NCBI GenBank assembly: GCA_964019425.1
Contig: OZ025784.1
Span: 1,674,001 to 1,738,000, forward strand
DNA from: Flectonema sp. DT1601
Taxonomy: Eukaryota
DNA length: 64,000 nt
Direction of reading: 5' to 3'
A program made the position numbers and the translations under genes. Below are positions 46,415 through 56,235 of the stretch, piece after piece. The notes under the pieces are model-generated. The model was not told the origin of the DNA and searched no databases. It worked only from the letters and a program-made list of their open reading frames with translations. Each line of letters begins with the position of its first letter. Position 1 is the stretch's first letter.

Positions 46415-48724
46415 ATGTCCACCTCATCCAATGTTCAGCTGAACGAACAAGTTTTAAAATGGATATCTGAGACCAAAGAAGCGATTAATACGACTCAAGA
46501 AGAATTCGATAAAGTAGTCAACATTATTTTAAAGGAGGGAAAAGGCCTAACTGGCGATGAAGCTGCCTTCATAAAAAGATGCGTCGTCATGTCTGGAAGT
46601 CTCGCAGATCACAAGCAGAAGCTAACAACAGACTTAGAGGACCTGAAGGTAGAAGAGAAAAACTACAGGGAGGTGCTGAAGAAATCTTCTGAGGTATACC
46701 TTTTACTTTTTGTTTGTAACGCATTTCGGGGTAAACCTGTCTGATCGGGTCCAACCTTTTTTTGTATTGGTCACAGTACAGCCCTTCGGATTGATTATTG
46801 AAATTACTTGTTCACCAAAAGAAAAACAATCATCCACAGACGCCTGATGTTGTACCATACACAGTAGAGGAGGTAGAGAAGCTTTTGGACCCTTCAAAAA
46901 TGAAGATGGAGACTGTTGTTGCAAATAAGCCACTCCTTGATAGGGAAAATGCACGCAATGCACTTGATGTGGTGTTGCATCAAAAACGTATAAATGATAG
47001 GTGGCATGTCATCACAACTGTAGGAATTCCAGGCTCAGGGAAGACCTTCCTGCTACGTAAAGGGATTATGAATGAATGGTATCCTGATCGAAGTATTATG
47101 ATGACCTTTTATGAGCATGCACAGATTATCGATGATGGAAAGATGGATCCGCTTGTTGCCTTTGCTCGTCAGCTTGTCCAAACAAACAACTTCAGAGGAG
47201 ACGTTGATTTCAACCGCATTGTAGACTTCCATGGAGTGATCACAGCCTTTCGACAGAAGCTTGGCCTATCTGATGAGATCCCTTTGATTGTCTGTATTGA
47301 TGAACTTATTAAATTGCGTGAACATCACATTATGCTCTTGCGAAGGGAAGGTGTGGATGAGCAAAGGTTGAAACTCCAAGCCACAGATCGATGCAAAATG
47401 CTGAGAACTGCCCTGATGGCCTATCAGGACAGATGCACTAATAACAAGTTACCCGAGATACGATTTGTCTGGACGTCACACACCGAGGATAACGAAATGA
47501 CCGCGTCTGTAGGTAGTCGTCGTCAGATCGTTCACATACCATTAACAAACCTAACTCATGAAAATGCCCTGAATCTATTGAGACTTGACGAACTTAAAGG
47601 GGCAGGGGATCTGGTAACTGAGTGGTCATTGAATATGTGTGCTGGTAATCCCCGTGCGATTGTGAGTCTCCCCGGAGTGATTAATGACGCAAAGTGTTTT
47701 GGTACAGCTGGTCTTGCTTCACGCATAGCTAGTGGAATTTATAGAGCATGTATGTTTCAAACGCTTCACATTTCATTTGTTGAGGACCACCTCGCTGCAG
47801 TTCTCACAAAGTCACTCAACAGTGCCACAGAGGATGCATTAAGAATTAGGGGTGCTCTCCACAAACTCTCCAATGGTGTTGAATGCTTAATTCCAATTTG
47901 GTTTGGTTTGGGCATGGGCAAATGAAAAGCACACAAAGATGGTTGGGGAGTGGCTGGTTGGGGAGTGGTTGATTGAATATTTCGGCAGTGATGCAAACAT
48001 GAACCCCAAAACATTTGAAGAGACAACACTCTACTTTGAAGGGCTTCTGAACCATGCATACAGACAGCTGAAGAAAACACCATTTCTGAGTGAATATTTT
48101 GATGGGGCTGACCATATCCAGGAAAACATAAAAGAATTGATTGTTCACCCCAGGAAAGTGTTAAGAGCGGAAGAACCTTCATCCCTTAGCAGCTTGGGAT
48201 CTGAAGAGCTTTACAATAAGCTCCAATCTGGACAAGCTGTGTACTCGAAAAATGTTGTCGGAGAGGGTGGTGACATTCTGATCCCTTTGATGCTCTCTGA
48301 AGGAAAGAAAAAGGCAACGCTCTACCTATTCTGTGCCCAGTGCAAACTAGCAAAGAGAGTCGATAGCCTCCAAGAAGTAGAAACGAAGGCTGTGGAAATT
48401 CCAGCTGTCCAGGAACTCCAGGCTTGGGCGAATAAACAGAAGAAACCACTTGATGTACATGGTCTTTATTTCACCACACACACACCCAAGCTTCAAACTG
48501 CAAAGCGGAAGGGTGTTTGGTTCACAAAGGATTCTATGGAGAAGTGGCTGAGCAGACTTGGTTTGCCAAGAGTCAATTACCACCATGCAAGAACCTCAAC
48601 ATCTGGTAGCTCCGCATTACTCAGACACCGGGCGATGAGCTGGTCTACACAACAAAGACCCCATCTACCCACAGCTAGATGCAATGCCCCAAACCTTTTA
48701 CGGCGAATCTGTAGATTTTTGTAG
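46415..48724 (+). pseudogene. Crinkler/RHS-type effector-like gene: coiled-coil header exon, P-loop NTPase, PD-(D/E)xK nuclease; frameshifted
   Basis: Exon 46415-46693 with donor GTATAC; Walker A GIPGSGKT; Walker B LIVCIDE; CAGNPR; C-terminal GGDILIPL..AQCK. Frame breaks near 46780-46830 and at about 47900. Confidence 0.65.
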
Positions 48725-49459
48725 AACTTTGATTTCTTATATTTCTATGGTGGCTTCAGTTACACCTTGAGAAAGAAAAAAAGAACCTTCTGGTACAATG
48801 CTGAGTCATCGTCCATTGCCTTCTCGGATCCCATGAGTTCTTTTAAGATGCTTTAATCCGCCGTTCTCCAATAGATTTAAGAAAGGTCCCTCAATTTCTT
48901 TTTAAGGGAAAATGCGTGTCTACTACTGCGTTCCATAGGCTAATCGAGCTGGTATTCGCTATGTAGGTTTACTGTTCCTTGATAGAAGAAATTCCCAAAA
49001 GTCCTTCAAAGTTTGTTTTAAAAAAAACCAAAAACTATGAAACAATAAAGAAGAAGAAGACGAATAGGAAGAATGAACGTGTGAAGGAAAAAAATAAATA
49101 AATAGTATGCTAAAATCCAAGGTCCGGCGCAGTTATGACATTAAGTTGACTGTCATCTTACCTGATCCTTTTGGTTTTCATTTCTTGCTGAGTGATATGG
49201 CTATGTGCTGCCCAAATCTTTTGTGGTACGTTTCTAAAGCTTTTCGGTAAGCCCACAGTACAATTATAATGCTTTGGGCAACTGGGGGTGAACGATCCTC
49301 GGCACTGTTCCGGGGTTTTCTATTTTCTTTCGTGGAGTGTGGGCATATGGCACATGTGGTCGTATTATAAAGAAAGGTGTATATGAAAGAAAGAAGATTT
49401 TTTATTTTTTTCACCTTCAGATCATTTCTCTTTTATTTTCTTTAGTTGTTTACAACCTG

Positions 49460-50059
49460 TTAGCCTCTGGGCAAGGCTCGCTTCGCTTGCGCAAAGTTAT
49501 TTATTTTTTCTGAATTAAGCTTGTTTTTCCTTTGCCTAAGCATGCAAAACTTAAAACGATGGCTAGGTAATAGTGAGTACGTCGCTTATTTCAAGTTGCC
49601 CATTTTTATCTTTCTGAACAACCTTATTTTACAACCAAGTGAGTTTTTATTCCCTGTCAGGCTTTTTGGCCTCATCCTTTCTGTTGTTCTATCTCTCAGT
49701 TAATTTTAGTTTTCTGTTTCATTCAGCTTTTTCTTAGCAAACGCAAACTGAACTTAAAAACAAATAATCTTCTGCCAAAGCTTTTTGCAGCAGACATTGA
49801 ATTTTATGTCTGCTTCTTCCCTCCTTCGTTCCTTCTCGGTTCCTCTTTCTCAGTATTTTAAGTAACCCATTTCTATTTTCTTGATGTGATACTTCTGCTT
49901 TGCCTTCCGCTAACTTTTGGGAGGGCTTCATCACCAACGCTTTCTTTTTTGAGCCTTTTGTCGTTGTTCTGTTAGTTTCTGTCCCACCCAGCTCTTAGGC
50001 AGCACCTTATAGTAGGCCCCAATTTCCTTGGAACCCAAAAAATCCCCAATACTGGTATT
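49460..50059 (-). mobile_element. Older diverged relative of the Helitron-like family (about 600 bp)
   Basis: Minus-strand end GCGCAAGCGAAGCGAGCC-11 nt-CTAA. Patches match the core (AAAACGATGGCTAGGT; TTTCTGAACA..TTTTACAACCAAGT). The right end matches 55883-55920. Confidence 0.5.
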
Positions 50060-50084
50060 AAACCCGCAAAACCTGCAAACCTGC
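50060..50084. repeat. Degenerate three-unit AAACCCGC array
   Basis: AAACCCGC AAAACCTGC AAACCTGC. Confidence 0.85.
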
Positions 50085-50085
50085 A

Positions 50086-51560
50086 CTAGAGATACCCTTC
50101 CAGGCTCGCACACAACTTTTTTTTTTAAAGCTTTCTGAGCAAACATCATTTTTACAACCAAGTCACGTCTGTTTTTATTCCCTGGCTAGGTACCCGTCCA
50201 GGGTACAAATTTGAACTTAACTTTACGCTCGCTTCGCTCGCGTTAAGTTAAGTCCAATGTACCCTTTTCCTTGCTAATTTTTCTGGTTGAAAAACACAAA
50301 AAATGTGCCTGGGAATTGAACCCTTGCCACGGCTACCGAAGAGATTTAAGGTATCCACTCGGCTGTGCAGCCCTGGGATTTTCTTTTTTTTTTATACTGT
50401 AAAGGGAAATTCTTGTGGGGAAAAACCCGCGAGTTTGAAAAAAAATCTCCAAATCCGCGAGAATATTTCCCTTTACAGTATTTATTTATTTGTGTGTTCT
50501 TAGCCTCTTTATGGAAATCCTTCCATTTTCCCTTCCCTCCAGTCTTAACATAGGAGAGTCTACCAGGTGCCTACCCTGGACGCCCTTCGGGCGCGGGATT
50601 TGAACTAATTGCGTGTACGGGCGCGATGGGTTATTGCAGTGGCAGGGGGTCGAACCAGCGATCACCCAGCCTTTTTTTTTTAACAGGCCCAAAGGGCGAC
50701 AATGAAAGATGCTGACCAAGGAATAATATTCAAATGAATTTTTGTTTCAAAGAAACAAACAGGATTAAGGGAGAGGCAGAAAAAAAAAAAAAAAATAATA
50801 TGAAGAGGAAATAATCAAACATGAAAAAAAAAGATAAAATAAAAATAAATAAACGTTATATATAAGCAATTTCTTTTTTTTTCCGCAATTTTCTATTTAT
50901 TTATTACTTTTCTGTCCCAACGGGACGACAAATGAAAAATGTCCTCCCTTAGCTGAAAATGCACACTGCACCCTGTTTTATCAAGTCCTTTGTTTTTGTT
51001 TTTCTGAAAGATATCTGTAGTTGTTGTTATATGCTAGCACGAAAACGACAGCTAGGTTTATGATGATTGGATATCTGTTTGTTACATTTGGAAGTATTTT
51101 ACAACAGGTTTATCGAACCTGTATCTGCAATGTGTGCGACCCTGGGATGGGAATATAGGAATTTAGTTATATTAATAAGGTTATCGTTCATTATTTCCAA
51201 TAAAATAGAAATGTGGGAAGAACTATGGGATGGCGGGACGCAGCCCCCCCCCCCAACCCCCCCCAAGGGGGGGGAGCCACTAATAAAGGCCAACCTCCTG
51301 AAAAAGAATCAAGAAAAAACAAAAATGCCCTCACCCAGGGTCGAACTGGTTTACAGCCATTTTGGGTTTTGTAAAGAATGGTTAGTTCTGAAACTATTTG
51401 TGTAGGAAAGACCCTTTACCCAAAAAGAAATGAAATCAAAGATTGCTTTTTCACAGCTTGGCACCTAAAATCCAAAACTCATTAAGAAGGAAAAAATTAT
51501 TTCAAAAAGAAAGTTTTTGCTAACTAAATTGGCAGCCATACACCTAAATTTCAAAACCAT
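50086..51560 (-). mobile_element. Helitron-like element copy C (5'-truncated, small deletions, contains a MITE)
   Basis: Colinear with 56236-57860. Confidence 0.75.
50397..50478. mobile_element. 82-bp MITE with TA target-site duplication (Tc1/mariner-pogo type)
   Basis: TA-CTGTAAAGGGAAAT...ATTTCCCTTTACAG-TA. Absent at the same position in other copies; copy E has a single TA there. Confidence 0.85.
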
Positions 51561-51783
51561 ACCCGCAAACCCGCAAACCCGCAAACCCGCAAACCCGCAA
51601 ACCCGCAAACCCGCAAACCCGCAAACCCGCAAACCCGCAAACCCGCAAACCCGCAAACCCGCAAACCCGCAAACCCGCAAACCCGCAAACCCGCAAACCC
51701 GCAAACCCGCAAACCCGCAAACCCGCAAACCCGCAAACCCGCAAACCCGCAAACCCGCAAACCCGCAAACCCGCAAACCCGCA
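51561..51783. repeat. (AAACCCGC)n, about 28 units
   Basis: Direct reading. Confidence 0.97.
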
Positions 51784-52964
51784 CTAGAGATACCCCTTCC
51801 AGGCTCGCGTTGCTCGCACAATTTTTTTTTTAAGCTTTCTGAACAAACATTATTTTTACAACCAAGTCACGTCTGTTTTTATTCCCTGGCTAGGTACCCG
51901 TCCAGGGTACAAATTTGAACTTAACTTTACGCTCGCTTTGCTCGCGTTAAGTTAAGTCCAATTTTGTACCCTTTTCCTTGCTACTTTCTTCTTACTAATT
52001 TTTCTGGTTGAAAAACACAAAAAATGTGCCTGGGAATTGAACCCTTGCCACGGCTACCGAAGAGATTTAAGGTATCCACTCGGCTGTGCAGCCCTGGGAT
52101 TTTCTTTTTTTTTTTTATTTATTTATTTGTGTGTTCTTAGCCTCTTTATGGAAATCCTTCCATTTTCCCTTCCCTCCAGTCTTAACGTAGGAGAGTCTAC
52201 CAGGTGCCTACCCTGGATGCCCTTCGGGCGCGGGATTTGAACTAATTGCGTGTACGGGCGCGATGGGTTATTGCAGTGGCAGGGGGTCGAACCAGCGATC
52301 ACCCAGCCCCAGGGCGAGGGTTATACCACTACCCTGGGATATCGCAACTTTTTATTATTATTACTTTTCTGCAATTTTTATTTATAAATAAGTTTTCGAA
52401 AAGGTGAGAAGTAACGGGCTGGGAGCTTTTGGCTCCTGCCCTATTCCCGATGTAAACTTTCTTTTCTTTTTTTTTTTTTTTTTAAACAGGCCCAAGGGGC
52501 GACAATGACTGTTGCTGACCAAGGAATAATATTCAAATGAATTTTCGTTTCAAAGAAACGAACAGGATTAAGGGAGAGGCAGAAAAAAAAAAAAAAAATA
52601 ATATGAAGAGGAAATAATCAAACATGAAAAAAAAAAATAAAATAAAAATAAATAAACGTTATATATAAGCAATTTCTTTTTTTTTTTGCAATTTTTTATT
52701 TATTTATTACTTTTCTGTCCCAACAGGACGACAAATGAAAAATGTCCTCCCTTAGCTGAAAATGCACACTGCACCCTGTTTTATCAAGTCCTTTGTTTTT
52801 GTTTTTCTGAAAGATATCTGTAGTTGTTGTTATATTAATATGCTAGCACGAAAACGACGGCTAGGTTTATGATGATTGGATATGTGGCTTAGGTTATCTG
52901 TTTGTTACATTTGGAAGTATTTTACAACAGGTTTATCGAACCTGTATCTGCAATGTGTGCGACC

Positions 52965-54747
52965 GAAATAAGCAGCTAAGGTTTGCTTGCGGGAAGAGAA
53001 TCAGCAGCTAAAATTTGCTTGCGGGAAGAGAATCAGCAGCTAAAATTTGCTTGCGGGAAGAAAATAAGCAGCTAAAATTTGCTTGCGGGAAGAAAATAAG
53101 CAGCTAAAATTTGCTTGCGGGAAGAAAATAAGCAGCTAAGGTTTGCTTGCGGGAAGAGAATCAGCAGCTAAAATTTGCTTGCGGGAAGAGAATCAGCAGC
53201 TAAAATTTGCTTGCGGGAAGAAAATAAGCAGCCAAAATTTGCTTGCGGGAAGAAAATAAGCAGCTAAAATTTGCTTGCGGGAAGAAAATAAGCAGCCAAA
53301 ATTTGCTTGCGGGAAGAAAATAAGCAGCTAAAATTTGCTTGCGGGAAGAAAATAAGCAGCTAAGGTTTGCTTGCGGGAAGAGAATCAGCAGCTAAAATTT
53401 GCTTGCGGGAAGAAAATAAGCAGCTAAAATTTGCTTGCGGGAAGAAAATAAGCAGCCAAAATTTGCTTGCGGGAAGAAAATAAGCAGCTAAGATTTGCTT
53501 GCGGGAAGAGAATCAGCAGCTAAAATTTGCTTGCGGGAAGAAAATAAGCAGCTAAAATTTGCTTGCGGGAAGAAAATAAGCAGCTAAAATTTGCTTGCGG
53601 GAAGAAAATAAGCAGCTAAAATTTGCTTGCGGGAAGAAAATAAGCAGCTAAGATTTGCTTGCGGGAAGAGAATCAGCAGCTAAAATTTGCTTGCGGGAAG
53701 AAAATAAGCAGCTAAGGTTTGCTTGCGGGAAGAGAATCAGCAGCTAAAATTTGCTTGCGGGAAGAAAATAAGCAGCTAAGATTTGCTTGCGGGAAGAGAA
53801 TCAGCAGCTAAAATTTGCTTGCGGGAAGAGAATCAGCAGCTAAAATTTGCTTGCGGGAAGAGAATCAGCAGCTAAAATTTGCTTGCGGGAAGAAAATAAG
53901 CAGCTAAAATTTGCTTGCGGGAAGAAAATAAGCAGCTAAAATTTGCTTGCGGGAAGAAAATAAGCAGCTAAGGTTTGCTTGCGGGAAGAGAATCAGCAGC
54001 TAAAATTTGCTTGCGGGAAGAGAATCAGCAGCTAAAATTTGCTTGCGGGAAGAAAATAAGCAGCCAAAATTTGCTTGCGGGAAGAAAATAAGCAGCTAAA
54101 ATTTGCTTGCGGGAAGAAAATAAGCAGCTAAGGTTTGCTTGCGGGAAGAGAATCAGCAGCTAAAATTTGCTTGCGGGAAGAAAATAAGCAGCTAAAATTT
54201 GCTTGCGGGAAGAAAATAAGCAGCCAAAATTTGCTTGCGGGAAGAAAATAAGCAGCTAAAATTTGCTTGCGGGAAGAAAATAAGCAGCTAAGATTTGCTT
54301 GCGGGAAGAGAATCAGCAGCTAAAATTTGCTTGCGGGAAGAAAATAAGCAGCTAAAATTTGCTTGCGGGAAGAAAATAAGCAGCTAAAATTTGCTTGCGG
54401 GAAGAAAATAAGCAGCTAAAATTTGCTTGCGGGAAGAAAATAAGCAGCTAAGATTTGCTTGCGGGAAGAAAATAAGCAGCTAAAATTTGCTTGCGGGAAG
54501 AAAATAAGCAGCTAAAATTTGCTTGCGGGAAGAAAATAAGCAGCCAAAATTTGCTTGCGGGAAGAGAATCAGCAGCTAAAATTTGCTTGCGGGAAGAAAA
54601 TAAGCAGCTAAAATTTGCTTGCGGGAAGAAAATAAGCAGCTAAAATTTGCTTGCGGGAAGAAAATAAGCAGCCAAAATTTGCTTGCGGGAAGAGAATCAG
54701 CAGCTAAAATTTGCTTGCGGGAAGAAAATTAGCAGCCAAAATTTGCT
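52965..54747. repeat. 32-bp minisatellite, about 55 units (AAAATAAGCAGCTAAAATTTGCTTGCGGGAAG and variants)
   Basis: Direct reading; recurring variants AGAATC/AAAATA and CTAAAA/CCAAAA/CTAAGG/CTAAGA. Confidence 0.97.
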
Positions 54748-55084
54748 CTGGGGTGCTACATAAGCATTGATTGCAGAAAGGTGGCAAAAATGAAAGGAAT
54801 TATTTATTAAAACCCAAATTGTCTAAACCATAACAGAAAGAAAGCTTGGCACCAAAACCCTAAAACCTATTCTCCTCAGGGATTTGTGAAGCCTTTTCGG
54901 GATCGATAGGCCAAGGGATAACCATAAAAAAGGTGTAACCATGATTTCTTGGAGGTGAGTGGCACAAAAAGCAGTAAAAAAAAAAAAAAAAAATCCCGTG
55001 ACAAAGGCAAATAACTGCAAAAGCAGCAATTCTCTTTCCGCAAACGCCCCCCCGTTTAACATGCCACACTCTACCTTTCTTCCC

Positions 55085-55468
55085 GTAATGCGTGACACCA
55101 TTCAACACTTACGTAGCACTTAGCACCAGGCCTGCCAGCAGGAAGAAACAGAAGCCTCATTCTCAGTACGGAAGTAGCTAGGCCTGGCCAGCTTACATAG
55201 CACTTCTGAGCAACCTAATATTATTCCTGCAATGCGTGACACTATTACGTAGCACTTGGCACCAGGCCTGCCAGCAGGAAGAAACAGAAGCCTCATTCCC
55301 AGTACGGAAGTGGCTAGGCCTGGCCAGCTTACATAGCACTTCTGGGTGACCTAATATTATTCCTGTAATGCGTGACACTATTACGTAGCACTTAGCATCA
55401 GGCCTGCTAGCAGGAAGAAACAGAAGCCTCATTCCCAGTACGGAAGTAGCTAGGCCTGGCCAGCTTAC
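55085..55468. repeat. About three tandem units of roughly 136 bp
   Basis: Recurring AATGCGTGACAC..CAGGAAGAAACAGAAGCCTCATT..AGGCCTGGCCAGCTTACA; flanked by a diverged duplication (54880-55130 versus 55525-55800). Confidence 0.88.
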
Positions 55469-55931
55469 AGTGCTGTGTAAGTTTTGACTGGCAAACAACT
55501 GCAAAACTTTTTTCTCCACCCAGAAATTTGTGAAGACTTTTCGGGGCCGATAGATCGAGAGATAACCATAAAAAAAGATGTACTCATGATTTTTTGGAGG
55601 TGAGTGGCGCAAAGTGGTAAAAAAAAAAAAAAAAATTCCGTGACAAAGGCAAATAACAGCAATTTTCTTTCTGCAAACGCCCGCCGTGGATCATCAGACT
55701 GTCATTTGGTAGCGCCGACTTGCCACAGGTCAATATGCAACGCTACTTTTCTTTCCGTAATGCGTGGCACCAGTCAACACTTATGTTGCACTTAGAACCA
55801 GACCTTCTTGCTGGAATGCAAAGAAGAATTAGTGTGTAATTAGGTGAGGCCTGGCCTGGGTACCTGGCCCAGGACTTGGTGGATTTCCTCAGAACCCAAA
55901 ATATCCCCAATGCTGACAATTATATAGGAGA

Positions 55932-56235
55932 AACCCGCAAACCCGCAAACCCGCAAACCCGCAAACCCGCAAACCCGCAAACCCGCAAACCCGCAAACCC
56001 GCAAACCCGCAAACCCGCAAACCCGCAAACCCGCAAACCCGCAAACCCGCAAACCCGCAAACCCGCAAACCCGCAAACCCGCAAACCCGCAAACCCGCAA
56101 ACCCGCAAACCCGCAAACCCGCAAACCCGCAAACCCGCAAACCCGCAAACCCGCAAACCCGCAAACCCGCAAACCCGCAAACCCGCAAACCCGCAAACCC
56201 GCAAACCCGCAAACCCGCAAACCCGCAAACCCGCA
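55932..56235. repeat. (AAACCCGC)n, about 38 units
   Basis: Direct reading. Confidence 0.97.

Larger units (their letters stand above)
51784..55931 (-). mobile_element. Copy D: non-autonomous Helitron-like element with both termini (about 4.15 kb) inside the octamer array
   Basis: Minus strand begins TCTCCTATATAAT and ends GCGAGC-AAC-GCGAGC-15 nt-CTAG. Removing it restores GCGGGTT^TGCGGG exactly. No TSD, no TIR, no long ORF. Confidence 0.72.

Noticed and set aside
52018..52340. Functional tRNA genes in the element
   Set aside because: A and B boxes are present, but acceptor and anticodon stems do not pair into a cloverleaf.
52965..54747. 32-bp repeats as a CRISPR array
   Set aside because: Units are contiguous with no unique spacers, there are no cas genes, and the context is eukaryotic.
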